Shown here piece by piece: positions 1-10,540 of a stretch of DNA of 64,000 bases; position 1 is the stretch's first letter; each line of letters opens with the position of its first letter. The notes below the pieces were generated by a model. The model did not search any database. It saw only the letters and a program-made list of their open reading frames with translations, and was not told where the DNA came from. Position numbers and translations under genes: made by a program. The stretch is taken from the NCBI GenBank assembly GCA_051859245.1, contig JBHYGA010000001.1, forward strand, positions 1,085,622-1,149,621, given 5' to 3'. The DNA is from Gemmatimonadaceae bacterium. GTDB lineage: Bacteria; Gemmatimonadota; Gemmatimonadetes; Gemmatimonadales; Gemmatimonadaceae.

Positions 1-201
1 CAGTGGGACCCGTCTGCCAATGCCATGCAACTCGCCGAAGATGGCGTGACGTGGACCGCCACGCTGGCAATGCCCGTTGGCAAGCACAGCTACGCATTCG
101 TGATCGACGGCGAAGTCACGCCGGACCCCGCAGCACCGGCATCGGCAGACGATGATTTTGGCGTGCCGAATTCGTTTCTCCTCGTGAGCAATTCGCTATG
201 A
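1..201 (+). CDS. 3' end of a glycogen-binding (CBM48/AMPK1_CBM, isoamylase early-set) domain protein, partial
   Basis: Frame 1 reads QWDPSANAMQLAEDGVTWTATLAMPVGKHSYAFVIDGEVTPDP...DDFGVPNSFL*; the W..L.PG.Y.Y.F.IDG...DP...FG..NS pattern is typical; ATGA overlap with next gene. Confidence 0.75.
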   Translation, partial: QWDPSANAMQLAEDGVTWTATLAMPVGKHSYAFVIDGEVTPDPAAPASADDDFGVPNSFLLVSNSL

Positions 202-854
202 CGCACCCTCTGATCAAGACCTGTGGTCATCTCGCTGTATGCGCCTCGCTGCTCGTCACAGCAGCAGCCAGCCTTGAAGCGCAAGCCGTACGACGCGGTG
301 CTGCGATCCCGGATCGCGTGGCGACGTCGACGAGAGTCGGCATCCAGGCGCTGGTCGACTCACTCGACGCCGAACAGTTGCCGTCCTTCGCACTGTTGGA
401 CAAAGCGGCGGAAGGGGCGCTCAAGGGCGCCGACGACAGTCGCATCCTGATGGCCGTCCGCGCACTCGCCGCTCGTTTGCGCAGCGGCCGAGAGTTGCTC
501 GGCCCGCGCGCATCAGACAGCGAGTTGCTTGCGGCGTCGAGTGCGTTGTACGCGGGTGTTTCCGAGAACGCCATCACGCAACTGGTGCAAACACAACGGG
601 CACGCGATGCGAGCACGCCACTGACGAGTGCGCTGAGTATTGTCGCCGAGCTTGCCTCGGCGTCAGTGCCCGCGGATCTCGCGCTGTCGTCTGTAGACGC
701 GCTGCTTGCGAAGGGAGCGCGGGATGTGGAGCTGGCCGCGTTTCGGGTCGCGGTGGATCGAGAGATCCGCGGCGGCGTCACACCACGTGACGCAACCACT
801 GCAGGCTTGAAGCGCGCGCTGAGCAATCTTGATCGTGCATCTCGCACACCGTGA
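198..854 (+). CDS. Hypothetical exported alpha-helical protein
   Basis: 218-aa ORF with signal-peptide-like N-terminus, coupled to upstream stop. Confidence 0.7.
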   Translation: MTHPLIKTCGHLAVCASLLVTAAASLEAQAVRRGAAIPDRVATSTRVGIQALVDSLDAEQLPSFALLDKAAEGALKGADDSRILMAVRALAARLRSGRELLGPRASDSELLAASSALYAGVSENAITQLVQTQRARDASTPLTSALSIVAELASASVPADLALSSVDALLAKGARDVELAAFRVAVDREIRGGVTPRDATTAGLKRALSNLDRASRTP

Positions 855-1007
855 CATTCGTAGAGTGTGTGATCGCCCCATGTGTGCAGTTGTATGTGTA
901 AAGGACTCTGAGTAGTTGGTGCGCGAAGATGTGACCTGACGTGACGCTGATGAAGTACCACGCGGTGAGTGCATAACATCAACGATCACCGTTCAGAAGG
1001 AGTCAAC

Positions 1008-1811
1008 ATGCAGCATGGTTCAACGCGTGCCACAATCGCTTTCATCGCCGCAGGTCTTGCGCTGAGCGCGTGTTCTGATCAATCCCCGCTCAATGTGAGC
1101 GCCGACGGCGCCAAGCTGGAGCTCATTGCCGAAGCGGCAACGAATCCTGGTATTGAGCTCGACCCAAACGCGGCCACGTTGTACGTACACGAGGGAATCA
1201 TCATTCGCGCACGGGTGGTTGACGCGTCCGGTGCGGTGATTGCCGGAGCGCAACCAACGTGGCGCAGCAGTGACGCCTGGGTTGCCGCTGTAAACATCCT
1301 GCCAGACTCCATTTCCACACCTGGAGCGCGCGCATCCGTGATTGGTGTCGCGATTGGTGAAGCGCGAGTCACCGCCAGCTACGCCGAACTTGCGGCGACA
1401 ACCATGATCACGGTACGTGCCAGGCCCGACTCCGGCAACAACACGCCGCGTCCTCAACCTCAGCCTCGCCCCACAACGTTCGACGCGGCGATTACGGTGT
1501 TGGGATTCATTGCCGGTCCCGATACGTCCACCACTTCGTCGGAGCTGGTACCGGGCAGCACGGTCACGCTGACGTTACTGCCTCCGGCGCCGGGAGACTC
1601 AACCGCCGTTGGCACGCCCACCACAACGGAGACGCGGTTCGCAAGCGCGATTGCCAACGCGCAGTCCCGCGTTCAGTTCACCGGTGTCCCGCAGTCGCGT
1701 TTCCGAATCGATGTAGTGCCGCCCGCCGGCTCCCCCTGGAAGGCCGCGTCGTTTACATCGCCTGCGCCCTTTGTGGGATCGTACACACGCACGCTGTTCC
1801 TGGAAAAATGA
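1008..1811 (+). CDS. Lipoprotein with bacterial Ig-like (Big_2-type) domain
   Basis: SD AAGGAG before ATG 1008; lipobox LSAC; TWRSSDAWVAAV...GEARVTASY motif. Confidence 0.7.
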   Translation: MQHGSTRATIAFIAAGLALSACSDQSPLNVSADGAKLELIAEAATNPGIELDPNAATLYVHEGIIIRARVVDASGAVIAGAQPTWRSSDAWVAAVNILPDSISTPGARASVIGVAIGEARVTASYAELAATTMITVRARPDSGNNTPRPQPQPRPTTFDAAITVLGFIAGPDTSTTSSELVPGSTVTLTLLPPAPGDSTAVGTPTTTETRFASAIANAQSRVQFTGVPQSRFRIDVVPPAGSPWKAASFTSPAPFVGSYTRTLFLEK

Positions 1812-1831
1812 TGGTGTGATACCAGCGCGCC

Positions 1832-1871
1832 GCCGCCGATATTCCTTTATATTTAAAGGAATATCGGCGGC
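1832..1871. promoter_or_regulatory. Perfect 18-bp inverted repeat before the abm operon (candidate MarR operator or hairpin)
   Basis: GCCGCCGATATTCCTTTA-TATT-TAAAGGAATATCGGCGGC, AT-rich core, 20 bp upstream of the operon start. Confidence 0.6.
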
Positions 1872-1891
1872 ATCCCTTCCGGAGTCCTCGC

Positions 1892-4261
1892 GTGCGCATC
1901 CTTGTTGTTGGCGGCGGTCCTGGTGGTCTCTACGCGGCGCTGCTGCTCAAGCGCCGACATCCCAAGGCCCACATCACGGTTACTGAGCGCAACTCGCGCG
2001 ACAGCACGTTTGGTTGGGGCGTCGTTCTCTCGGATCAAACGGTTGCCAACCTGCGCGACGCTGATCCACCGAGCGCGGATCGCATCGCCGCCGCGCTGCA
2101 TCGCTGGGATGACATCGAGATTCATTTTGGCGGCCAGACCATTCGATCTGGTGGCCATGGCTTCAGCGGCATTGGCCGCCTCGAATTGCTGCGCATTCTG
2201 CAGGAGCGATGCCTCGAGCTCGGCGTAGCGCTCGAGTTTCGCGCCGAAACGTCGCCAGACCTTGAATCGGTCATCGCACGCGACGGCATCGATCTGGTGA
2301 TCGCCGCCGATGGCATCAACAGTCGTATTCGCGAGCGGTACGAAGGCACATTCAAACCCGATGTGGACCTTCGGGAATGCCGGTACGTGTGGCTCGGAAC
2401 GCCTCGGCAGTTCAATGCCTTCACGTTCGCGTTTGCGGAAACACCGTTTGGCTGGTTCCAGGCGCACGCGTATCAGTTTGATCAAGGCATGAGCACGTTT
2501 ATCGTGGAGACGCCGCAACACGTGTGGGAAGCGGCGGGTCTCGATGCCATGGAGTCCGAAGCCGCGATCGGGTTCTGCGAACAGTTGTTCGCACCACAAC
2601 TTGGCGGTGCGCCGCTGGTGAGTAACGCAACACATCTGCGCGGCTCAGCCCAATGGATTCGTTTCCCACGGATCACGTGCGCAGAATGGGTGCACTGGTT
2701 GCACGCGGAGTCGCGTGATGTCCCCGTAGTCCTGCTCGGCGACGCGGCGCACACCGCACACTTTTCCATTGGTTCGGGAACCAAGCTGGCACTCGAAGAC
2801 GCGATGGCGCTGGACGCGGCGATCGCCAGTGGCACGAGCACCATGCAACACGCGCTGGCCGCGTACCAGGCCGATCGCAGTGTTGAAGTGCTCAAACTGC
2901 AGAACGCCGCGCGCAACTCGACCGAATGGTTCGAGCACGTACACCGCTACGCCTCGCTCGCGCCTGAACAGTTCGCATACTCCCTGCTCACACGGTCGCA
3001 GCGCATATCGCACGAGAATTTGCGAGAGCGCGACGCCGACTACGTGGCCGCGTTTGAGCTGTGGTTCGCGGAGCGTGCGGGACTTGCCCCAGCGGTCAAC
3101 GCACCACCCGCGTTGCTCACGCCGTTCACCGTGCGCGGCCTCACGTTGCCCAATCGCGTGGTCGTGTCGCCAATGGCGCAGTACTCGGCGCACACCGACG
3201 GCCGTCCAAGCGATTGGCACTTTGTGCATCTCGGCGCGCGTGCAAGTGGAGGTGCCGCACTCGTCATGACAGAAATGACCTGCGTGGCACCAGACGCGCG
3301 CATTACACCCTGGTGCCCCGGACTCTGGAACAACGCGCACGAGAGTGAGTGGGCGCGCATTGTGCGCTACGTGCACGAGTACACTCCTGCGCGCATTGGC
3401 TTGCAGCTCGGCCACGCGGGCGCAAAAGGCGCCACGAAGAAGATGTGGGAAGGAGTAGACGAACCGTTGCCCGAGGGTGAATGGCCGCTGATGGCGCCTT
3501 CGGAAACTCAATATCTGCCCGGCGTCTCGCAAACCGCGCGGGAGATGACCGCGGCTGACATGACGCTGGTGCTCTCACAATTCGTGGAGAGCACGCTCCG
3601 TGCCGCACGCGCCGGTTTTGATTGGTTGGAGTTGCACTGTGCGCATGGCTATCTGCTGTCCGCGTTTCTTTCGCCACTCACCAACCATCGAACCGACGCG
3701 TATGGCGGCACGATCGATGCACGCGCCAGGTTCCCGCTTGAGGTTTTTCGCGCCATGCGTGAGGTCTGGCCCGCAGAACGTCCAATGTCCATACGCATTT
3801 CAGCACACGACTGGGCCGAAGGCGGTAATACTGCGGATGACGCCGTACATATCGCCCGACTGTTCAAGAACGCCGGCGCAGACATGATTGATGTCTCGGC
3901 CGGGCAGGTGGTGAAACACGAACGACCGGTATTCGGACGCATGTGGCAAACCCCCTTCTCGGATCGTGTACGACAGGAGGCAGGCATTGCCACCATTGCG
4001 GTGGGCGCCATCACCGACGCCGATCAGGCCACGGGTATCATCGCGTCCGGACGTGCGGACCTTGTCGCAATCGGTCGGCCGCATCTGGTGAACCCTGCAT
4101 GGACGCTTACTGAGGCCGTGCGCGCGGGCTACATCGGTGCCGAGGCGTTGTGGCCGCCGCAGTATCGGGCCGGCAAATCGCAGCTTGAGCGTTTGATGCT
4201 ACGCGAGCGTGCTGAGCGTGCTGCGGCGCAGGATCAACCGCCACGCGGTGAGCTGACATGA
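1892..4261 (+). CDS. abmA: Bifunctional 2-aminobenzoyl-CoA/salicylyl-CoA monooxygenase-reductase
   Basis: N-terminal FAD monooxygenase (GGGPGG, DG motif, GDAAHTAHFSIGSGTKLA) fused to OYE-type flavin oxidoreductase (PMAQYS, HCAHGYLL). Confidence 0.9.
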   Translation: MRILVVGGGPGGLYAALLLKRRHPKAHITVTERNSRDSTFGWGVVLSDQTVANLRDADPPSADRIAAALHRWDDIEIHFGGQTIRSGGHGFSGIGRLELLRILQERCLELGVALEFRAETSPDLESVIARDGIDLVIAADGINSRIRERYEGTFKPDVDLRECRYVWLGTPRQFNAFTFAFAETPFGWFQAHAYQFDQGMSTFIVETPQHVWEAAGLDAMESEAAIGFCEQLFAPQLGGAPLVSNATHLRGSAQWIRFPRITCAEWVHWLHAESRDVPVVLLGDAAHTAHFSIGSGTKLALEDAMALDAAIASGTSTMQHALAAYQADRSVEVLKLQNAARNSTEWFEHVHRYASLAPEQFAYSLLTRSQRISHENLRERDADYVAAFELWFAERAGLAPAVNAPPALLTPFTVRGLTLPNRVVVSPMAQYSAHTDGRPSDWHFVHLGARASGGAALVMTEMTCVAPDARITPWCPGLWNNAHESEWARIVRYVHEYTPARIGLQLGHAGAKGATKKMWEGVDEPLPEGEWPLMAPSETQYLPGVSQTAREMTAADMTLVLSQFVESTLRAARAGFDWLELHCAHGYLLSAFLSPLTNHRTDAYGGTIDARARFPLEVFRAMREVWPAERPMSIRISAHDWAEGGNTADDAVHIARLFKNAGADMIDVSAGQVVKHERPVFGRMWQTPFSDRVRQEAGIATIAVGAITDADQATGIIASGRADLVAIGRPHLVNPAWTLTEAVRAGYIGAEALWPPQYRAGKSQLERLMLRERAERAAAQDQPPRGELT

Positions 4262-5046
4262 ATGAAGCAACGATTGCCACTCGCGCGCTCTCAGCACGAC
4301 ACGCACTCGTCACGGGGGCGAATCGTGGCATTGGTGCGGCAACGGCGCGTGCGTTGTCGGGTGCCGGGGCAGACGTCACGCTCATGGTGCGGGATCGCAG
4401 CGGAGGTGAAGCGCTTGCGCGCACGCTCAAGGGACGCACACACATCGTGCTTGCCGACGTGACCGATCATGACGCCGTGCGTGCGGCGGTTTCGGAAGCC
4501 AACGCGGCGTTTGGTCCGGTAGATATCCTCGTGAACAATGCCGGCTCCGTGCAGGCCACGCCTTTTCTTCGCGCGACTCCTTTGCTATTCGAGGAGATGT
4601 TTGCCGTGCATGTGCTCGGCGCGGTCGTTACGTCGCAGGCGGTGCTCTCGGATATGGTCAAGCGCGGATTCGGGCGCATTATCAACGTTGCCAGCATTGC
4701 GGGTCTTGAAGGAGCACCGTACGTCGCGCACTACGTGGCCGCCAAGCACGCACTCGTTGGTCTCACGCGCGCGCTGGCTGCGGAGTACGCAAGCAAACAG
4801 GTCACCGTAAACGCCGTCTGCCCAGGCTACACACAAACCGACCTGGTCAGCGAATCAGTGCAACGCATTGTGGGCAAGACGGGGCGTTCGCCGGAAGACG
4901 CGTTGCACGCCATGCTCGCCGAGGCGGGACAGTCTCGATTGGTTACTGTGCAGGAAGTCGCCGCTGCGATTGTTGCCCTCTGTCTGCCTGCTGCAAGTGA
5001 GCGCACGGGGGAATGTGTTGTGCTTCTGGGAGAGGAGTCAACATGA
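4258..5046 (+). CDS. SDR oxidoreductase (AbmB-like)
   Basis: TGANRGIG, NNAG, YVAAK motifs; operon context. Confidence 0.9.
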   Translation: MNEATIATRALSARHALVTGANRGIGAATARALSGAGADVTLMVRDRSGGEALARTLKGRTHIVLADVTDHDAVRAAVSEANAAFGPVDILVNNAGSVQATPFLRATPLLFEEMFAVHVLGAVVTSQAVLSDMVKRGFGRIINVASIAGLEGAPYVAHYVAAKHALVGLTRALAAEYASKQVTVNAVCPGYTQTDLVSESVQRIVGKTGRSPEDALHAMLAEAGQSRLVTVQEVAAAIVALCLPAASERTGECVVLLGEEST

Positions 5047-5549
5047 GCACAGCCGCGCAGGCGCAACGCCTCGATCCGGAGTCTCGGCTCGACGGCGCAG
5101 AGCAGGACTCGCTTCGCCTCTGGCTTCGATTATTCACCTGCAGCAAGCTGATCGAACGCGAAGTGGATAGCGTGCTCAAGCGTGAGTTCGGTTCATCGTT
5201 GCCGCGGTTCGATTTGCTGGCGCAGTTGGAGCGATCGCCCGGCGGATTGCGCATGGGCGAGTTATCGGCGCGCACACTGAGTACCGGTGGGAACATCACG
5301 TGGCTTGTCGCCGCCCTCGAGCGTGATGGGCTGGTGTCTCGGCGCGTTGCTGCAAAAGACAAGCGTGCCGCACAAGTCAAGCTGACAGCTGCCGGTCGTC
5401 GTCACTTCAGCGCGATGGCCAAAGTGCATGAGCAACTCATCGCGGAACGTTTTGGCGCGCTGTGCGAGGCGGATCGCCGCACGCTGCATACGCTGCTCGG
5501 CACCGTCAAGCAGCGACTCCCTTCTGTTGCCCCGGTGGAGACTACATGA
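5043..5549 (+). CDS. MarR-family transcriptional regulator
   Basis: LRLWLRL...RFDLLAQL...[10 protein letters not shown] winged HTH; SD GAGGAG before ATG 5043. Confidence 0.9.
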   Translation: MSTAAQAQRLDPESRLDGAEQDSLRLWLRLFTCSKLIEREVDSVLKREFGSSLPRFDLLAQLERSPGGLRMGELSARTLSTGGNITWLVAALERDGLVSRRVAAKDKRAAQVKLTAAGRRHFSAMAKVHEQLIAERFGALCEADRRTLHTLLGTVKQRLPSVAPVETT

Positions 5550-6394
5550 TGGCGGAAAATCCGATGTCGGCCATGTCGAACGCCATGGCAAACCGTGAAC
5601 TGAAACACGCGCACTTGTCCGTGAGCGACGATGGGCAGATTGCCACCATCACGCTGAACCGACCGGAGCGCAAGAACCCGCTCACGTTTGATTCGTACGC
5701 GGAGTTGCGCGACTTCTTTCGTGATCTGCAATACGCGACGGATATTCGCGTGGTAATTCTCACCGGCGCTGATGGCAACTTTTGCTCTGGCGGCGATGTG
5801 TTCGAGATTATCGAACCGCTCACAAGAATGGCGATCCCAGAGCTGCTCGCGTTCACGCGCATGACGGGTGATCTCGTCAAAGCCATGCGTGCGTGCCCGC
5901 AGCCAATCATCGCCGCTGTTGACGGCGTGGCAGCCGGTGCTGGTGCGATTCTGGCCATGGCGTCGGATATCCGCCTGGCCACACCGCGCGCCAGGACGGC
6001 GTTCCTGTTTTCGCGCGTGGGGCTGGCCGGCTGCGACATGGGCGCGTGTTCGTTGCTGCCGCGGATTATAGGTCAGGGGCGTGCCGCCGAGCTGCTGTAC
6101 TCTGGTCGCACGATGTCGGCGGAGGAAGGTGAACGCTGGGGATTTCACAACGCCCTCGTCGAGCCCGAGCTTCTGATGGCGGAAGCGATGCGGCGCGCCG
6201 GCGAGCTCGCCGCCGGACCCACGTTCGCCCACGCCATGACCAAGACGATGTTGCAACAGGAATGGAATGTGTCGGTGCAGCAGGCAATCGAAATGGAAGC
6301 GCAGGCGCAAGCCTTGTGCATGGGCACGCAAGATTTTCAGCGCGCCTTCGCGGCGTTCGCGGCCAAGCGCCCGCCTGTGTTTGAGGGCAACTGA
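5546..6394 (+). CDS. Enoyl-CoA hydratase/isomerase (AbmC-like)
   Basis: [28 protein letters not shown] crotonase motifs. Confidence 0.9.
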   Translation: MMAENPMSAMSNAMANRELKHAHLSVSDDGQIATITLNRPERKNPLTFDSYAELRDFFRDLQYATDIRVVILTGADGNFCSGGDVFEIIEPLTRMAIPELLAFTRMTGDLVKAMRACPQPIIAAVDGVAAGAGAILAMASDIRLATPRARTAFLFSRVGLAGCDMGACSLLPRIIGQGRAAELLYSGRTMSAEEGERWGFHNALVEPELLMAEAMRRAGELAAGPTFAHAMTKTMLQQEWNVSVQQAIEMEAQAQALCMGTQDFQRAFAAFAAKRPPVFEGN

Positions 6395-6396
6395 TC

Positions 6397-7590
6397 ATGA
6401 CCACGTCGAACGTCTCGCCGTCGCGCGCAGTGCAGGCGGAGCTACACCTGGCCTGGCCGTTCTTCGACGAGATGCACCGCGCTCTTGCCGCTCGTGTGAC
6501 CGAGTGGGTGACGACGCAACACGTTGACCACGCCGATACTGACGCGGCGTGTCGGGATTGGGTGCGGCGGCTCGGCGACGCCGGCTTTCTCCAGTACTGT
6601 GTGCCCAGGCAATGGGGCGGTGCACTCGATGCCATCGACTCGCGCAGCGTCTGCATCCTTCGTGAGCATCTCGCCATGCACAACGGTTTGGCAGATTTTG
6701 CGCTGGCCATGCAAGGCATTGGATCTGGTCCGCTGGCACTGGCCGGTTCCGACGCATTGCGCACGAGCTGGCTCCCCAAGGTGGCCAGTGGAAAGGCAAT
6801 CGCCGCGTTTGCCCTCACCGAACCCGACGCCGGTTCCGACGCGGCCGCCATCACCACGTCGGCAACTCGCGTGCATGACGGATGGGAACTCTCGGGCACA
6901 AAAACCTGGATCTCCAACGGCGGTATTGCCGACTTCTATTGTGTGTTCGCGCGATCACAGGCTGATTCACGTGGTGCCAAGGGCGTGAGCGCGTACTTCG
7001 TGCCAGCCGGTACGCCTGGGCTGACGGTGGTTGAGCGTTTCAACGTCATGGCTCCGCATCCGCTGGCCACGTTGCGCTTTGAACGATGCGTGGTGCCGGA
7101 ATCGAATCTGCTAGGCGATGAAGGCGACGGCTTCAAGCTCGCCATGCGGACCCTCGACATCTTCCGGATGTCCGTGGCTGCGGCTGCGACAGGGTTCGCT
7201 CGGCGTGCATTACGTGAGACGCTGCACCACGCCAACACGCGCGCGATGTTTGGCGGCTCGCTCGGTGCGCAACCACTCGCGCAGGCCATGATTGGTGACA
7301 TGGCCACTGAGCTCGACAGCGCGGCGCTGCTCACGTATCGGGCCGCCTGGTTTCGTGATACGCAGGAAGGGCGTGTGACCACCGTTGCGGCGATGGCCAA
7401 GCTTGCAGCGACCGAGTTGGCACAACGCATCATCGATCGCGCCGTGCAATTGCACGGCGCCAAAGGCGTGCTGACGGGACAGGTGGTGGAGCATTTGTAC
7501 CGTGAGATTCGCGCATTGCGCATTTACGAAGGCGCTAGCGAGGTGCAACGACTGCTGGTGGGTCGTGAAACGCTACGCGCCGAATCCTGA
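6397..7590 (+). CDS. Acyl-CoA dehydrogenase (AbmD-like)
   Basis: AFALTEPDAGSD, GTKTWISNG, RIYEGASEVQ. Confidence 0.92.
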   Translation: MTTSNVSPSRAVQAELHLAWPFFDEMHRALAARVTEWVTTQHVDHADTDAACRDWVRRLGDAGFLQYCVPRQWGGALDAIDSRSVCILREHLAMHNGLADFALAMQGIGSGPLALAGSDALRTSWLPKVASGKAIAAFALTEPDAGSDAAAITTSATRVHDGWELSGTKTWISNGGIADFYCVFARSQADSRGAKGVSAYFVPAGTPGLTVVERFNVMAPHPLATLRFERCVVPESNLLGDEGDGFKLAMRTLDIFRMSVAAAATGFARRALRETLHHANTRAMFGGSLGAQPLAQAMIGDMATELDSAALLTYRAAWFRDTQEGRVTTVAAMAKLAATELAQRIIDRAVQLHGAKGVLTGQVVEHLYREIRALRIYEGASEVQRLLVGRETLRAES

Positions 7591-7605
7591 ACAAACGGAA
7601 CATCG

Positions 7606-9252
7606 ATGCAACCACTTCTCCCCAGTGCGCACGATGATGTCTGGACGCGAGAGCAGCTCCCGCCAATGGAACAGTGGCCGCTGCTCAATCTCGAACCGCC
7701 GTATAACTATCCGGCGCGCCTCAACGCGGCGGTGCGCTTGCTCGACTCGGCAATCGCCGAGGGCTTTGGTGAGCACATCGCACTGATCACGCGAAGTGCG
7801 GAGGGCGTGTACGAAGAGACCACATACGCGCAACTCAGCGCTCTCGTCGATGCCATCGCCCATGTGTTGCGCGACGATCTGTCGCTGCTGTCCGGCAATC
7901 GTGTACTGCTGCGCGGATACAATGGTCGTTGGATGGCGGCCGCGTGGCTCGCGACGATCAAGGCCGGTTGTGTTGCGGTCACTACCATGCCGCTGCTGCG
8001 GGCCAGGGAGCTGCACACGATCATTGAACGAGCCCGATGTTCGGCTGCACTCTGCGATACGCGGCTGGAAGACGAACTGTTGTCGGCGATCATGACATCG
8101 ACAACGGCTTGCCAGGTGCGAATATGGGGAAACGGTGCGCCACAAAGCCTCGAGGCGCTCTGCTCAACACACACTCAACCATTCGACGCGCATTCCACGA
8201 GTCAGGATGATGTGTGCTTGATCGCGTTCACCTCCGGCACGACAGGCGATCCGAAAGGCTGCATGCACTTTCATCGTGATGTGATGGCCATGTGCGATGG
8301 ATTTGCCCGGCAGGTGCTTGGTACCACGCACACGGATCGCTGCATTGGTACGCCGCCCTTGGCATTCACCTTCGGACTCGGTGGGTTGTTGTGTTTTCCG
8401 CTGGCTGCTCGTGCCACGGCGGTCCTGCTCGAGAAGTCCACCCCGGAATCATTGCTTGAAGCCATCGCGGCAACGCGCGCCACGGTAAGTTTTACCGCGC
8501 CAACGTTCTATCGGCAAATGGCGCTGGCGATGCAGCGTGCGCCTGATCGTTTCGATACGTCATCGCTGCGCGCCTGTGTATCTGCGGGTGAAGCACTGCC
8601 CGACGCCACTCGCGTGCTGTGGCGTCAGGAAGCCGGCATCGAGTTGCTGGACGGCATCGGCGCGACAGAACTGATTCACATCTTTGTTGCTGCCGCGGGC
8701 AAGGATGTGCGATCGGGTGCAATTGGCCGCGCCGTTCCCGGCTATGAAATCGCGATTCTTGATGACGCGTTGCAATCCGTCGCGAACGGCACCGTTGGTC
8801 GGCTGGCCGTGCGCGGTCCAACGGGCTGCCGATATCTCAATGATGTCAGACAGCAGGCGTACGTGCAGGGCAGCTGGAATCTCACCGGAGACGCGGCCTC
8901 AATGGACGAACACGGCTACGTGTACTTCAAAGCGCGCACGGATGATCTGATCATTTCATCTGGTCACAACATCGGCGCACCCGAAGTGGAGTCGGCGGTG
9001 CTGACACACCCTGACGTGAGCGAGTGTGCGGTGATCGGTGTGCCCGACGAAGATCGCGGACAAGCAGTCAAGGCATTCATTGTCTTGCGTGCCGGTGCCG
9101 CTGCTTCGCCGCAGCTGGCAAAGGCCGTGCAGGATCATGTGAAGGCAACCATCGCGCCATACAAGTATCCGCGCCTGGTGGAGTTTGTCGCATCGCTTCC
9201 CAAAACAGACACGGGTAAGCTGCAGCGTTTCCGTCTCAAGGAGGATCAGTGA
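7606..9252 (+). CDS. 2-aminobenzoate/benzoate-type CoA ligase (AbmG-like)
   Basis: FTSGTTGDPKG AMP-binding loop, DGIGATE, KYPRLVEFVASLPKTDTGK. Confidence 0.9.
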   Translation: MQPLLPSAHDDVWTREQLPPMEQWPLLNLEPPYNYPARLNAAVRLLDSAIAEGFGEHIALITRSAEGVYEETTYAQLSALVDAIAHVLRDDLSLLSGNRVLLRGYNGRWMAAAWLATIKAGCVAVTTMPLLRARELHTIIERARCSAALCDTRLEDELLSAIMTSTTACQVRIWGNGAPQSLEALCSTHTQPFDAHSTSQDDVCLIAFTSGTTGDPKGCMHFHRDVMAMCDGFARQVLGTTHTDRCIGTPPLAFTFGLGGLLCFPLAARATAVLLEKSTPESLLEAIAATRATVSFTAPTFYRQMALAMQRAPDRFDTSSLRACVSAGEALPDATRVLWRQEAGIELLDGIGATELIHIFVAAAGKDVRSGAIGRAVPGYEIAILDDALQSVANGTVGRLAVRGPTGCRYLNDVRQQAYVQGSWNLTGDAASMDEHGYVYFKARTDDLIISSGHNIGAPEVESAVLTHPDVSECAVIGVPDEDRGQAVKAFIVLRAGAAASPQLAKAVQDHVKATIAPYKYPRLVEFVASLPKTDTGKLQRFRLKEDQ

Positions 9253-9650
9253 CGCATCGAGTATTGCAGCCGGAGAGTTGGCCGAGGCCGCGCGGGTATG
9301 CGAACGGGGTCTCCGCCGTTGGACGCACAATCTTTGTCGCGGGCCAGATTGGCTGGAATGCGCAACAGCAACTCGTTGGCAGCGACCTGGTGAGTCAGGC
9401 CCGGCAGGCGCTGCTCAACATTCTGGTTGTGCTGGCGGAAGACAACGCACGCGCCGAACACCTGGTGCGGCTCACCTGGTATGTGACGAACCGCACACAA
9501 TATCTCAACGCGTCTACCGAGCTTGGCGTTGTGTATCGGGAAGTTCTTGGCCGTCATTACCCCGCGATGTCGGCGGTGGAAGTCAGTGCGCTCATGGAAG
9601 AGGGCGCAGTGGTTGAAGTTGAAGCCACTGCTGTTGTGCCACACGAATAG
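9249..9650 (+). CDS. RidA/YjgF family protein
   Basis: WPRPRGYANG...VAGQIGW...YPAMS..EV..L...AVVEVEA. Confidence 0.9.
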   Translation: MTHRVLQPESWPRPRGYANGVSAVGRTIFVAGQIGWNAQQQLVGSDLVSQARQALLNILVVLAEDNARAEHLVRLTWYVTNRTQYLNASTELGVVYREVLGRHYPAMSAVEVSALMEEGAVVEVEATAVVPHE

Positions 9651-9680
9651 AGACCACACACACATTGGGAGTGTACCGGC

Positions 9681-10424
9681 ATGGGGTTGCGACACGTCAA
9701 GGAAGTCTTTGAGCACTACGGGCGAACCGATCCGATGTACGCCGTGCTCACCGACCACACTCGGCGTGGTGGCAAATGGGACCCGGCCGATTTTTTCGCG
9801 CACGGCCGAGAGGAGATTGCGCGGGTGATGCAGTATCTCACCGAGGCGAAGCTGGTGCCGGCGTTCGGAGATGCGTTGGACTTTGGATGTGGTGTGGGTC
9901 GCCTCTCACAGGCGCTGGCCGCGCATTTTTCGCGCGTGACTGGCGTGGATATTTCGAGCACCATGGTGGCCGCCGCGGAGCAGCACAATACGGCTGGCGA
10001 ACGCGTGTCGTACATCATGAACGACGTGCCCGATCTCAAGCGGTTCGAGACTGCCAGTTTCGATTTTGTGTATAGCAACATCACCTTGCAGCATGTGCCG
10101 CCCGAGCCGGCGCTCGGCTACATCGGCGAGTTTGTGCGGCTGCTCACGCCACACGGCCTAGCGCTTTTTCAGGTGCGCATTGGCACGCGCGTTGATCCAG
10201 GCACGTTGTCCGCCTGGTGGTATCGGTTGCGACGCGAACATCTGCGACGGCTTTGGCAGCGCATGCGCGGACGCATTCCGTACGAAATGCACTTTGTTTC
10301 GCGTGCGCAGGTGGAAGAAGTCGTGGCAGCGCACGGTGGACGGATTGTTGATGTCCTGGATATGAGCCGCGAGCAGAATGGGAAGAGTCTGCGGTTTGCG
10401 GTTCGGCGGGCGGCCGTTATCTGA
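9681..10424 (+). CDS. Class I SAM-dependent methyltransferase
   Basis: LDFGCGVGR, GVDIS, FDFVYSNITLQH. Confidence 0.88.
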   Translation: MGLRHVKEVFEHYGRTDPMYAVLTDHTRRGGKWDPADFFAHGREEIARVMQYLTEAKLVPAFGDALDFGCGVGRLSQALAAHFSRVTGVDISSTMVAAAEQHNTAGERVSYIMNDVPDLKRFETASFDFVYSNITLQHVPPEPALGYIGEFVRLLTPHGLALFQVRIGTRVDPGTLSAWWYRLRREHLRRLWQRMRGRIPYEMHFVSRAQVEEVVAAHGGRIVDVLDMSREQNGKSLRFAVRRAAVI

Positions 10425-10484
10425 GGTCGCAGCTACGGCTGAGGTCGGCTGCTCAATGAATGTGCACGATTCCATTTTTCGATC

Positions 10485-10513
10485 TTGACGTGTTTTCAGG
10501 AAAGTGGTACCGT
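10485..10513 (+). promoter_or_regulatory. Sigma70-type promoter for the dsbA cassette
   Basis: TTGACG (10485-10490), 17-bp spacer, TG extension, TACCGT (10508-10513). Confidence 0.6.
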
Positions 10514-10540
10514 CGAGCATCGCGAACTTCGGAGCTGCGC

